Below are positions 19,221 to 29,442 of a DNA stretch of 64,000 nt, one piece after another. The position numbers and the translations under genes were made by a program. Under the pieces are notes generated by a model, which worked only from the letters and a program-made list of their open reading frames with translations, searched no databases and was not told the DNA's origin. Within the stretch, counting starts at the first letter, position 1; each line of letters starts with the position of its first letter. The stretch covers positions 6,370 to 70,369 of the forward strand of contig JAZLFM010000047.1 of the NCBI GenBank assembly GCA_045615765.1, written 5' to 3'. This DNA is from Bacteroidales bacterium. GTDB lineage: Bacteria > Bacteroidota > Bacteroidia > Bacteroidales > UBA1715.

Positions 19221-20678
19221 ATGTCTGAAATAGCAACACTACAACCTTTGTGTATTTGGAAATTCTTCGACGAAATTTGCCAAATCCCTCGTCCTTCGAA
19301 ACACGAAGAGAAAATAACTGCCTATCTTGTTGACTTTGCAAGAAAACATAGTCTTGCCTACAAACAAGATACTGTTGGAAATGTTTTCATTGAAAAACAA
19401 GCGACTCCTGGTTATGAAAATCTTGAAACTGTTGTGTTACAAGCACATGTTGACATGGTGCCACAGAAAAGAAACGACAGCAACCATAATTTTCTAACCG
19501 ATCCTATTGAAGCATATATTGACGGGAACTTCGTTCGTGCCCATGGCACCACATTGGGAGCCGACAACGGTATAGGTGTTTCAATGATTTTGGCGATTCT
19601 TGATTCAAAAGATATTCCTCACGGACCAATACAAGCAGTATTTACAATAGATGAAGAAACAGGAATGACCGGAGCTTTCGCTATGAAGCCAACGGACATT
19701 ACGGCAAAATATCTTATGAACCTCGACACAGAAAACGAGAACGAGATAACTATTGGCTGTGCTGGCGGATTAGATGCCAATTTTACTTTCGACCTTGAAT
19801 ACTCACATATTCGAGAAAATGAGAAAGTCTATACACTTTCACTTTCTGGTTTAACAGGCGGGCACTCTGGCTTTGAAATAATTTTAGGCCGTGCAAATGC
19901 AAACAAGGTTTTATGTGAGTTTCTATACGCAATTATGGAAAAGACCGACTTGCGTCTTATTTCTTTCAATGGTGGAAATATGCGTAATGCTATTCCTCGT
20001 GAAGCAACTGCAGTTATAGCATTCAACCGATCATTCGAGAATTTGTTCCATAAAATGTTTGAACGCTTTGTCGAAGACAAAATGTCGCAATTCTATCAAA
20101 CAGATCCTCATTTCTCTTGCATCGCTGCAGAGACAATTTCGGAAGCAGGCGCAATTTCACAAGAACAAACAGCAGGAATCATCCGCGCTATTATCAATTG
20201 TCCGAATGGTCCTGTGAAATACGAAAATCATAATTGTAAGATACTGAACACATCTACAAACCTATCGTTTGTAAACACAAAAGACGGCAAACTCGTTGTT
20301 GGCTGCTTATTGCGAAGCATAGACGACGACAACAAACATCAGTTGGCTGACGCACAAAAAGCTATCTTTGAATTATACGGAGCAAAAGCTTCTTTTTCAG
20401 GAGAATATCCAGGTTGGCAACCGGTATGGGATTCACAACTACTTACTGTTGTTTCTAACGCATGTAAAACTGTTTTCGAAACTGAACCAAAAGTTGACAT
20501 TGTTCACGCTGGTCTCGAATGTGGCATTTTTGCCGACACTTTCCCTTCGATGGAAGCAGTTTCTTTCGGTCCAAATATAAAAGGTCCTCATTCTCCAAAC
20601 GAAGTTGTTGAAATTGAATCGGTTGGAAAAGTCTGGGATGTATTACAAGAAGCGCTAAAAAATATTCCTAGAAAATAA
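19221..20678 (+). CDS. pepD: aminoacyl-histidine dipeptidase (M20C, PepD)
   Basis: 485 aa with IPRPSKHEE...LQAHVDMV...GADNGIGV...TIDEETGMTGA, typical of PepD. Confidence 0.85.
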   Translation: MSEIATLQPLCIWKFFDEICQIPRPSKHEEKITAYLVDFARKHSLAYKQDTVGNVFIEKQATPGYENLETVVLQAHVDMVPQKRNDSNHNFLTDPIEAYIDGNFVRAHGTTLGADNGIGVSMILAILDSKDIPHGPIQAVFTIDEETGMTGAFAMKPTDITAKYLMNLDTENENEITIGCAGGLDANFTFDLEYSHIRENEKVYTLSLSGLTGGHSGFEIILGRANANKVLCEFLYAIMEKTDLRLISFNGGNMRNAIPREATAVIAFNRSFENLFHKMFERFVEDKMSQFYQTDPHFSCIAAETISEAGAISQEQTAGIIRAIINCPNGPVKYENHNCKILNTSTNLSFVNTKDGKLVVGCLLRSIDDDNKHQLADAQKAIFELYGAKASFSGEYPGWQPVWDSQLLTVVSNACKTVFETEPKVDIVHAGLECGIFADTFPSMEAVSFGPNIKGPHSPNEVVEIESVGKVWDVLQEALKNIPRK

Positions 20679-20679
20679 A

Positions 20680-22095
20680 ATGAGAATAATTAAAGACATA
20701 CTATTGGTAACATTAGCACTTATTATTGTAAGTGTGTCTTCGGTTTCTGCACAAAAGAAAATAGAGATTGAAGCGCCAAATGTTATGCCTTTAACTCGAA
20801 TCCTATTTATTTTTGACGGTTCTTATAGTATGCTTGGAATGTGGAACAAAACGAGTAAAATGGAAGCAGCCAAAAGCATACTCATTCCATTTATCGACAG
20901 TGTTTCTAAAATTCCTAATGTGGAAGTAGGTCTTCGAATCTATGGAAACAGAAGTCCTTTCCCACCACAAGACTGTAACGATTCACACCTTGAAGTTCCA
21001 TTTGGAAAGAACAACTTACCTGAAATCGTAAACAAAATCCTTACATTGAATCCTAACGGAACAACGCCTATTGCATATTCTATCGAACAAGCTGGCAAGG
21101 ATTTCCCTAAGGATTCTACTGCAAGAAATATCATCTTCCTTATTACCGACGGCTTGGAAGCCTGCGATGGTGATCCTTGCGCTATTTCCCGACAATTACA
21201 AGAGAAAGGCGTGATACTTAAACCATTCATTATTGGCGTAGGCTACGATGTGGATTTCAATAAAGTTTTTGACTGCACCGGACACGTTTTCACTGCAAAA
21301 AATGAGCTTGACTTTTTGCCAATATTAAATTTTGCAATGGAACGGGCACTTATCACAACTCCTCTCCAAGTGTATTTGCTCGATGCTTATAAAAAACCTC
21401 GTGAAACTGACGTGCCAATTACCTTCTACGATAATTCTACCGGATTCATACACTATAATTTCGTTCATTCGGTAATAAAACCGGGCGAGCCAGATATTAT
21501 GTTCCTCGACCCTTTGATTTCATATAAAATAAAAGTTCATACGCTTCCGCCTGTTTATGCCGACAACATCAATCTAGAACCAGGGAAACATACAATTGTT
21601 AAAATTGATGCTCCACAAGGTTATCTTACAGTTGAACGTCCGTATGGATTTAATCTATCGACTCCTATTGAAACAATTGTGAGACAACAAGGAGATATGA
21701 ATACGCTCAATATTCAGCAGACAAATCAAAAAGTAAAATATATAGCTGGGAAATATGACTTGGAAGTTCTTACTTTACCTCGCACATATTATTATGATGT
21801 AGAAATCAAGCCTGACGAAGTTAAGACAATAAAACTTCCTTCACCTGGATATGTTACATTCACTCGGCCGCAATTTGGAGTTGGAGCTATCTATCTTGAC
21901 AGAAATACCGACTTGGAATTTGTTACAAATTTAAGCGAGGATAGTAGAAAGAACGAAGTTATTGCCTTACAACCAGGTAAATACGTGGTAATTTGGCGTG
22001 ATAAATTCGAAACTGACACAGAAAAATCTTACTCACAAGCATTTGAAATAAAATCTGGAGGAAACGTATTCATCTCATTACAAAAGAAACAATAA
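20680..22095 (+). CDS. secreted von Willebrand factor A domain protein
   Basis: Signal peptide. The MIDAS-like motif FIFDGSYSM and the later TPIAYSI...LITDGLE are typical of vWA. Confidence 0.65.
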   Translation: MRIIKDILLVTLALIIVSVSSVSAQKKIEIEAPNVMPLTRILFIFDGSYSMLGMWNKTSKMEAAKSILIPFIDSVSKIPNVEVGLRIYGNRSPFPPQDCNDSHLEVPFGKNNLPEIVNKILTLNPNGTTPIAYSIEQAGKDFPKDSTARNIIFLITDGLEACDGDPCAISRQLQEKGVILKPFIIGVGYDVDFNKVFDCTGHVFTAKNELDFLPILNFAMERALITTPLQVYLLDAYKKPRETDVPITFYDNSTGFIHYNFVHSVIKPGEPDIMFLDPLISYKIKVHTLPPVYADNINLEPGKHTIVKIDAPQGYLTVERPYGFNLSTPIETIVRQQGDMNTLNIQQTNQKVKYIAGKYDLEVLTLPRTYYYDVEIKPDEVKTIKLPSPGYVTFTRPQFGVGAIYLDRNTDLEFVTNLSEDSRKNEVIALQPGKYVVIWRDKFETDTEKSYSQAFEIKSGGNVFISLQKKQ

Positions 22096-22096
22096 T

Positions 22097-22954
22097 ATGA
22101 AAAAAATTAGTGTTCTATTCGTAGGAATTCTTTGTTCATTGTCGCTTTGGGCACAACGTCCTTCTGCTACAATCAATCAAGTTAACGACTTTGTTGCAAA
22201 CTCAACATTGTATGTGGTTTTAACAGAAAATCCTCTTTCTGACTACAATTCAGAAATCCGTAAGGCTGTTGAAAAAAACTGGAACGTAACTACTTGGAAA
22301 ACAGTCTATATGTCGGATTTGGAAAGTAAACTTACTAATCCGAAAAATGCCTTCCTTATCCCTGTGACAATGCAATTCGAGGAAGACAAGGATTCTGTTC
22401 AATATACTTTTATAAGCTTACTTCTTGGCGGAGAATACGAAACAATTAACGATCTTCCAGAAGTATTTACATTTCCTTTCAGCTACGAAGGTGGCGAAGA
22501 CGAAACAACATACCAGCTTCCTGCTATCATCAATTTCTTAAACCAACACGTAAAGAATATTCAAAACAACCCTAAACTATTAAAAGACAGAAAGTTCACT
22601 AACTATTCGTTCGAAAAGAAATCTATTGCAGACAAGACTATTTATCTTATAAAAGATGAACAAGATGCTGCTTTTGATGAAGAGAAAGAGATTCAAGCGA
22701 TTTTTCCTTCTGCTTCTGTGGCATTTACAGATACAATGACACTTGAAAAAATCATCCGTCGTAAAGAAGCAAATGCTCTGTTCTTCCATATTATTCGTCC
22801 GACTGATGAAGATATGATTCCTGGCAGATGCTACACAATTCTATTGGGAACTGACGGCAATCTATACTATTTTGGTTTCCATAAAATTACCGACAAAACT
22901 CCTGTTGGGGTGAATGCAAAAGATTGGAAAACAATTTCAATTAATAACAAATAA
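22097..22954 (+). CDS. hypothetical secreted protein
   Basis: Signal peptide (LSLWAQ). Translationally adjacent to the vWA gene. No motif recognised. Confidence 0.5.
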   Translation: MKKISVLFVGILCSLSLWAQRPSATINQVNDFVANSTLYVVLTENPLSDYNSEIRKAVEKNWNVTTWKTVYMSDLESKLTNPKNAFLIPVTMQFEEDKDSVQYTFISLLLGGEYETINDLPEVFTFPFSYEGGEDETTYQLPAIINFLNQHVKNIQNNPKLLKDRKFTNYSFEKKSIADKTIYLIKDEQDAAFDEEKEIQAIFPSASVAFTDTMTLEKIIRRKEANALFFHIIRPTDEDMIPGRCYTILLGTDGNLYYFGFHKITDKTPVGVNAKDWKTISINNK

Positions 22955-22972
22955 GTCTTCAACATCATTATT

Positions 22973-23728
22973 ATGGAAAAGAAAATAACTGACATTCAAA
23001 TACTTGTTAAAGATATCGATGCATATCTTAGCAATAAAACTGCTGGCGAAGAGTTTCCTCCTATTGTATTGGACATTCTATTAGAAAAAACAAGGCAACT
23101 TTACGATTCACTTACAAAGTTGAAAAACGCTCCTGTTGCTGAAACAAGACACGAAGAAACGATTATACAACAAGAGCCTGTAAAAGTTGAACCACAAATC
23201 GTTGTTCAACAAGAACCTCTTGCTGCAGAAAACGAACCTATTCAAATTGAATTTCAAGAAGAACAACCACAACAACAAACAATAATTGAAGAAATTGTTC
23301 CTCCTGTTGAACCAGAAACTGTTCATATAGAACCGAAACCGATTCAAGTTGAACCTGAGCCACAAGTTCAAATCCAACAACAAGAGCAACCAAAGGAACA
23401 AATTCATACACAAACAAATGAATCTCATCCACAGTCAATTGGAGAGGCTTTGCAGTCGCGGGCGACACAACAACAAGACCTTGGAAGTAAATTAAGCAAA
23501 AAACCTATTTCCGATATCAACACCGGTATTGCTCTTGGCGATCGTTTTTCTATTATCGCACAATTATTCAACCACAGCGAAGACAATATGCGCTCTACAA
23601 TTGCTGTATTGAATAAAGCTAAGAACTACGAAGAGGCTCTTCAATACTTAAAGGACAACTTCAATTGGGACTTCGAAGACCGTAAGGTTCAAAAATTTAT
23701 CAGTGTTGTCGAACAAAGATTTCTATAA
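22973..23728 (+). CDS. hypothetical protein with a central Q/E/P/V-rich low-complexity region
   Basis: 251-aa ORF. The central EPxxQ-type low-complexity stretch explains the two antisense ORFs in the track. Confidence 0.5.
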   Translation: MEKKITDIQILVKDIDAYLSNKTAGEEFPPIVLDILLEKTRQLYDSLTKLKNAPVAETRHEETIIQQEPVKVEPQIVVQQEPLAAENEPIQIEFQEEQPQQQTIIEEIVPPVEPETVHIEPKPIQVEPEPQVQIQQQEQPKEQIHTQTNESHPQSIGEALQSRATQQQDLGSKLSKKPISDINTGIALGDRFSIIAQLFNHSEDNMRSTIAVLNKAKNYEEALQYLKDNFNWDFEDRKVQKFISVVEQRFL

Positions 23729-23732
23729 AAAA

Positions 23733-24440
23733 ATGGGGAAATTAATTGTTGTACCTACTCCTGTAGGTAACTTACAAGATATGACTTTTCGAGCAATCGA
23801 TGTTCTTAAATCAGCAGACCTTATTCTTGCCGAAGACACTCGTACATCAGGCAACTTGCTCAAACATTTTGGTATCGAAACGCGAATGGTTGCGCACCAT
23901 AAGTTCAACGAACACGCGACTCTCGACCATACTATAGACATCATCAGAGAAAACACAATGACTGCACTCATTTCTGATGCTGGCACGCCATCAATCTCCG
24001 ATCCTGGATATCTTATCACCAAAAACTGCATAGAACAAGGTATTGAGGTTGAATGTTTACCTGGTGCAACTGCGTTTGTACCAGCTCTTGTAATGAGTGG
24101 GTTTACAACAGATAGATTTTGTTTTGAGGGTTTTCTTCCACACAAAAAAGGCCGTCAAACAAGATTATTATCACTAAAAGACGAAACTCGCACTATAATT
24201 TTCTACGAATCGCCTCATCGTATTTTAAAAACACTTACGCAAATACAGGAATTTATCGGGGAAAGAAATGTGGCTGTCGTACGCGAAATTTCTAAAGTAT
24301 ATCAGGAAGTTGTGCGTGGTTCTATTCCAACCGTAATCGAATTCTTTAAGAAGAAACAACCCAAAGGAGAATTTGTTCTTTTAGTGGCCGGAAAAGAAGA
24401 TCCTATCGTAATTGAAGACGATTCCGACGAAGATGAATAA
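23733..24440 (+). CDS. rsmI: 16S rRNA (cytidine1402-2'-O)-methyltransferase RsmI
   Basis: GKLIVVPTPVGNLQDMTFRA...AEDTR...SDAGTPSISDPG...FYESPHR. Confidence 0.9.
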   Translation: MGKLIVVPTPVGNLQDMTFRAIDVLKSADLILAEDTRTSGNLLKHFGIETRMVAHHKFNEHATLDHTIDIIRENTMTALISDAGTPSISDPGYLITKNCIEQGIEVECLPGATAFVPALVMSGFTTDRFCFEGFLPHKKGRQTRLLSLKDETRTIIFYESPHRILKTLTQIQEFIGERNVAVVREISKVYQEVVRGSIPTVIEFFKKKQPKGEFVLLVAGKEDPIVIEDDSDEDE

Positions 24441-25203
24441 TTTCATTATAAACACACATAGTCATATCTACGACGAGGCTTTCGATGCAGACCGAGAAGA
24501 AGCAATGCAACGGGCAATAAACCAACGCGTTACAAAAATCATATTGCCCGACATCGACTCGACATCCCGCGAACGAATGTTCAATCTTGCAAACCAACAT
24601 ACCGATGTCTATTTTCCAATGTTGGGAATACACCCAACTTCAATAAATGAAAACTATCAGCAAGAAGTTGACGCACTACTTGCTGAATTAGACAAACACT
24701 CTATTGTAGGCATAGGTGAAATTGGAATGGATTTATATTGGGACAAAACATTTATTGAACAACAAGAAATTGTTTTAAAACTTCAGATGAATATTGCCCA
24801 AGAACGAAATCTTCCTGTTGTACTACACGTACGAAAAGCTTTTAACGAAACTTATAATATTATTCGTTCTTTGCCCAAACAACAAAAAGGTATATTTCAT
24901 TGTTTTTCAGGATCTAAAGAAGAAGCATTTAAAGCAATAGATTTAGGTTATCATATTGGAATTGGCGGAGTGCTTACATTCAAAACATCGCATTTAGATG
25001 AAATTGTACGCGCCATTCCTCGCACTGCTATTGTTCTGGAAACAGATGATCCTTATTTGGCTCCAACGCCACACAGAGGGAAACGAAATGAACCTGGGTA
25101 CGTTTCTATTGTTGCAGAAAAATTAGCTGCCGACCTACACTGTTCCGTAGAAGAAGTTATTGACTTTACAACAGAAAATGCGAAAGGCATTTTTAATCTG
25201 TAA
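24433..25203 (+). CDS. TatD-family metal-dependent hydrolase
   Basis: INTHSHIY...GEIGMDLYW...LHVR...FHCFSG...LETDDPYL. Confidence 0.85.
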   Translation: MNNFIINTHSHIYDEAFDADREEAMQRAINQRVTKIILPDIDSTSRERMFNLANQHTDVYFPMLGIHPTSINENYQQEVDALLAELDKHSIVGIGEIGMDLYWDKTFIEQQEIVLKLQMNIAQERNLPVVLHVRKAFNETYNIIRSLPKQQKGIFHCFSGSKEEAFKAIDLGYHIGIGGVLTFKTSHLDEIVRAIPRTAIVLETDDPYLAPTPHRGKRNEPGYVSIVAEKLAADLHCSVEEVIDFTTENAKGIFNL

Positions 25204-25205
25204 GA

Positions 25206-25760
25206 TTACTTTCCAAACTCCATTTGTTTAACGGCTTCCCAAAGAACAATGCCGCATGTTACCGAAACATTAAACGAATGCTTCGTACCATATTGTGGTA
25301 TTTCCAAACATTTGTCACTCATAGCAATCACCTCATCAGCAACGCCATGAACTTCATTGCCGAAAACAAATGCATATTTCCTTTGTTTATCTATAGTAAA
25401 ATCCTGTAACATCGTGCTACCTTCTGCTTGTTCAACAGAAACGATTTCATAGCCTTGTGAACGTAATTCCATCAAAGATTCTTTCGTTTCCTTATAATAC
25501 GTCCATGGCACTGAAAGTTGCGCTCCTAACGCTGTTTTTTGCAATTCCTTATTCGGTGGAACACACGATATACCACAAATGTGCACAGCTTCTATTCGTA
25601 AAGAATCTCCGGTACGAAATGCCGAGCCTACATTACTTGCACTACGAATATTATCTAACACAACAACTATCGGATGTTTTTCCGATTGCTTGTATTCATC
25701 AACGCTAATTCGTTGTAACTCTTCGGTTTCTAATTTTCTAAAGTTTTCGTTCGATGACAT
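25206..25760 (-). CDS. SpoU/TrmH-family RNA 2'-O-methyltransferase
   Basis: VLDNIRSASNVGSAFRT...FVFGNEVHGV...EIPQYGTKHSFNVSV. Confidence 0.8.
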   Translation of the reverse strand: MSSNENFRKLETEELQRISVDEYKQSEKHPIVVVLDNIRSASNVGSAFRTGDSLRIEAVHICGISCVPPNKELQKTALGAQLSVPWTYYKETKESLMELRSQGYEIVSVEQAEGSTMLQDFTIDKQRKYAFVFGNEVHGVADEVIAMSDKCLEIPQYGTKHSFNVSVTCGIVLWEAVKQMEFGK

Positions 25761-26136
25761 AAGACTTTATTCGGATTTTATCTGCATCAAAAATGTCTAT
25801 AGTGTATTTTCCATCAAATGTTCCCTTTATATCAAGGAACACCACATTATCGTCAAAATCTCTAGTATATAATTTCGTATATCCTCTACGAAAAACAAAA
25901 TACATACCTTTTGGATTTGTTGCTGTTAAACGAATTGCGTTTGATTCAGGAATTACAATACAGGTAAATTCGCAATCTAAACTATCCATTGAATAAGCTT
26001 CTTCTACTTTTATGGTTCCCAATGGATTACCGACTTCTAATTCTTCCGGAGGACGAACATATCCACCTGCTGTTACTTGTGCATTTGCAACAAACGCACA
26101 CAACACAACAAAACATGCTAAAAAGAACTTTCTCAT
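25738..26136 (-). CDS. hypothetical secreted protein
   Basis: 132 aa with a signal peptide (FVANAQ). No motif recognised. Confidence 0.45.
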   Translation of the reverse strand: MRKFFLACFVVLCAFVANAQVTAGGYVRPPEELEVGNPLGTIKVEEAYSMDSLDCEFTCIVIPESNAIRLTATNPKGMYFVFRRGYTKLYTRDFDDNVVFLDIKGTFDGKYTIDIFDADKIRIKSYVIERKL

Positions 26137-28100
26137 ATTTCTGTAAAATTGGTTTCTATCTGTTTCACTATACTATCAAAATCGTAACCGCATAACTTAT
26201 ACAACTCCTGCTGCGTACCATGTGCAATAAATTCATCTGGAATGCCTAAACGAGTGACTTTTCCTGAAAAGTTCATCGTTTCCAACGCTTCCAATACTGC
26301 AGAACCAAATCCGCCTGCTATCACACCATCTTCTATCGTAATAATTGAAGTAAAGTTTGAAGCAACTTCTTGTAACAACATAACATCAAGTGGTTTAACC
26401 CAACGCATATTATACACTGCAGCTTGTTTATTCGTCTGCTCACCGACATAATCAGCGGCTTTTTTTGCCGCATTACCTACGGCTCCCACAGTTAAAATTG
26501 CAACTTTTTCGCCTTGTCGAATACACTCACCTTTTCCAATAGGAAGCATTTCCATATCTTTTTTCCATTGTAAAAATTCTCCATTTCCTCGCGGATATCG
26601 AATTACAAATGGTTGTGGCGTATTGTATGCAGTAAACATCATATTACGCAATTCTATCTCATTCATTGGTGCCCCAATAGTCATATTAGGAATTGCTCGC
26701 ATAAATGGTATATCAACTATACCGTGATGGGTAACACCATCAGCACCAACAAGTCCCGCACGATCAAGGCAGAATATCACATGCAACTTTTGTATCGCCA
26801 CATCATGAATCACCTGATCATAAGCGCGTTGCATAAATGTAGAATAGATATTACAGAATGGAATCATTCCCTCTTTGGCAAGTCCAGCCGACATGGTTAC
26901 AGCATGTTGCTCCGCAATCCCTACATCAAATGCGCGTTCCGGCATTGCCTTCATCAATATATTCATAGAACAACCTGTAGCCATAGCGGGCGTAACACCC
27001 ATTACTCTGGTATCGGATTGTGCAAGTTCCAACAATGTTTCACCAAAAACTTCCTGATATTTTGGAGGCATGGAATCTTTGTCTGGAAGCGGAACCATCT
27101 CGCCTGTATCTTTATCGAACTTACGAGGTGCATGCCATTCTGTTTGTTCCTCTTCGGCTGGTTTAAAACCCTTTCCTTTTTGCGTATGAATATGCAAAAT
27201 CTTTGGTCCGTGTATTTTCTGGATATCTTGTAATGTTCTTGTCAACTGGAACACATTATGTCCATCAACTGGTCCAAAATAACGGAAACCAAGCGATTCA
27301 AATAAGTTTGATTCTTTAAAGAACAAAGATTTCAAACCATGACCAATTTTTCTAAAAAAATCTTGTACATCAAGTCCAAGGTTACTCAACTTTGTTGAGA
27401 AATTCCACGTCTTATCACGAATACGATTATATGTCTGCGATGTGATTATATCTATCAAATATTGATGTAAACCACCAACATTGGCATCTATCGCCATATC
27501 GTTATCATTCAAAATCACAAGAATGTTCGCCTTACTTCCACCTGCGAAATCCAACGCCTCGAAGGCTTCACCACCAGTCAAAGCGCCATCGCCTATCACA
27601 GCAACGATTTGACGGTTTTCTCCTTTTGCATTTGCAGCCAAAGCCATTCCTGTTGCAGCAGAAATCGAGATAGAAGAATGTCCAGCGATAAAACTATCGT
27701 ATTCGCTTTCTTGCGGATTCGGAAAACCGGCCAAACCATTCAGTTTACGGTTGGTGTTGAATACCTTGCGTCTTCCTGTTAGAATCTTATGGCCATAAGC
27801 CTGATGACCAACATCCCATATAATTCTATCTTCCGGCGTATTAAACGCATAATGCAAAGCGACAGTTAACTCCACAGTACCAAGACTTGCGCCAAAATGT
27901 CCAGGATTACGACTTCCTTCGTCTATGATGAAATCGCGCAACTCCTTACAAACCTGCGGTAATTGCTCAATATGCAATTTTCGCAAATCTTTCGGTGTTT
28001 CTATGGTTTCAAGCAAGTTTTCCACTGTGTTAATTTGGTCTGTAAAATTATGAAATTCTTTGCAAGATTGCTTTTGCAAAATCATCAAGATGAGGATCAC
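26133..28100 (-). CDS. dxs: 1-deoxy-D-xylulose-5-phosphate synthase
   Basis: GHFGASLG...GHQAYGHKILTGR...GHSSISISAATGMA...GDGALTGGEAFEAL. The exact start is uncertain (28085-28100). Confidence 0.9.
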   Translation of the reverse strand: MILILMILQKQSCKEFHNFTDQINTVENLLETIETPKDLRKLHIEQLPQVCKELRDFIIDEGSRNPGHFGASLGTVELTVALHYAFNTPEDRIIWDVGHQAYGHKILTGRRKVFNTNRKLNGLAGFPNPQESEYDSFIAGHSSISISAATGMALAANAKGENRQIVAVIGDGALTGGEAFEALDFAGGSKANILVILNDNDMAIDANVGGLHQYLIDIITSQTYNRIRDKTWNFSTKLSNLGLDVQDFFRKIGHGLKSLFFKESNLFESLGFRYFGPVDGHNVFQLTRTLQDIQKIHGPKILHIHTQKGKGFKPAEEEQTEWHAPRKFDKDTGEMVPLPDKDSMPPKYQEVFGETLLELAQSDTRVMGVTPAMATGCSMNILMKAMPERAFDVGIAEQHAVTMSAGLAKEGMIPFCNIYSTFMQRAYDQVIHDVAIQKLHVIFCLDRAGLVGADGVTHHGIVDIPFMRAIPNMTIGAPMNEIELRNMMFTAYNTPQPFVIRYPRGNGEFLQWKKDMEMLPIGKGECIRQGEKVAILTVGAVGNAAKKAADYVGEQTNKQAAVYNMRWVKPLDVMLLQEVASNFTSIITIEDGVIAGGFGSAVLEALETMNFSGKVTRLGIPDEFIAHGTQQELYKLCGYDFDSIVKQIETNFTEI

Positions 28101-29418
28101 GGGCGCCCATCACTATCACAACATCATTTGGTTGAATCAACTCTGCAATACGTTGCAATGAATGTTCTTTCGACTCCACATATTCTGCACATTTTCCTTG
28201 TGCTGTTATTGCCTCGCTCACCACCGTTGACGAAATATTTCTGTCAACTGTTCCACCTGCATAATAAATGTCGTTAATCAAAAAAATATCTTGTTCACGA
28301 AGGGTTGCACCCACCATTTCCGACAGTTCTTTATGCATAAAACGCATAGGTCCGTAGCCATGAGGTTGAAACCATGCAATCACTCGCTGTCCTATTTGCT
28401 GACAAGCACGTATAACTGCGGCTACTTCTGCCGGATTATGTGCAAAATCATCAACGACATAACAGTTATCTTTCGTTTTTCCAACTAATTGTGCACGGCG
28501 ATATATGCCTCGGAATGTGGCAAGTGCCTTAGTACTTTCTTCTATGGAAATTCCAGCAGCTTTTGTTGCCGCTATAGCAGCCAACGCATTTTCCATATTG
28601 TGTTTTCCTATAGCTGGAATGGTACATGAAACACCATTTACTGTGAAAGAGATAGAAAATCCGTCTTGAACGAAATTGCTTCCGCAAATTCTCGCATATT
28701 CGTTTGTACCAAACACAAATTCATTTGCAACCGACAATTTTCTTGTCAGTTCATAATCTTGATTTGCAATAAAATATGATTTTGTGTTGTCACGGAATGT
28801 GGCAAACAATTGTTCTAATTCGTCAAATTCCTTATGGTCTCGATCTATGTTCAACAACAAAGAAATTTCTGGTTTATAGTTCACAATAGAGCCATCGGAT
28901 TCGTCGGACTCTATTACCAACCAATCACTCTTTCCTACCCAAGCATTTCCAGGAAGTCCTTTTTCCTGCAATACACTCAAACCCGCGCCAGTTATAAGCG
29001 AAGGAGATTTTCCGCATTGTTCCAAAATATGGAACACCATGGCTGTAGTTGTTGATTTTCCCGACGTACCGCCAACTGCAATAGTTCGCACGCTGTTCGA
29101 AATCTCCGCCAACAGCTGCGAGCGTTTCATTATCGGAATGTTCAAGCTCAATGCTTTCTGATATTCCACATTTGTTTCTTCTATAGCCGTCGAAACTACA
29201 ACCACATCAACATCAGGCGTAATCCCTTGTCCGTCTTGGAAATAGCAGTGCATTCCCAACGATTCGAATTGTGCTTCTGACTGAAGTTTTTGCGCCTGCC
29301 CGAACAATCTGTCGGAACCAGAAACTTTTTTCCCTATACCGTTCAGATATTGTGCAATCGCACTCATACCCGTACCGGCAATGCCAACGAAGAAGAAATG
29401 TGAATAATTGTCAAGCAT
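28048..29418 (-). CDS. Mur ligase family protein (MurC/Mpl-like paralogue)
   Basis: The N-terminal Rossmann FVGIAGTGMSAIAQYL..G..VSGSD and the P-loop GGTSGKSTT indicate a Mur ligase. It is not in a dcw cluster, so the precise substrate is unassigned. Confidence 0.7.
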   Translation of the reverse strand: MLDNYSHFFFVGIAGTGMSAIAQYLNGIGKKVSGSDRLFGQAQKLQSEAQFESLGMHCYFQDGQGITPDVDVVVVSTAIEETNVEYQKALSLNIPIMKRSQLLAEISNSVRTIAVGGTSGKSTTTAMVFHILEQCGKSPSLITGAGLSVLQEKGLPGNAWVGKSDWLVIESDESDGSIVNYKPEISLLLNIDRDHKEFDELEQLFATFRDNTKSYFIANQDYELTRKLSVANEFVFGTNEYARICGSNFVQDGFSISFTVNGVSCTIPAIGKHNMENALAAIAATKAAGISIEESTKALATFRGIYRRAQLVGKTKDNCYVVDDFAHNPAEVAAVIRACQQIGQRVIAWFQPHGYGPMRFMHKELSEMVGATLREQDIFLINDIYYAGGTVDRNISSTVVSEAITAQGKCAEYVESKEHSLQRIAELIQPNDVVIVMGARDPHLDDFAKAILQRIS

Positions 29419-29442
29419 AATTTTGCGTTTTATTCCGAGTTC

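Noticed and set aside
23108-23468. Two antisense ORFs (106 and 76 aa)
   Set aside because: They are generated by the Q/E/P low-complexity repeat of the 22973-23728 gene.
26613-27233. 206-aa plus-strand ORF
   Set aside because: It is antisense inside dxs, which has unambiguous conserved motifs on the other strand.
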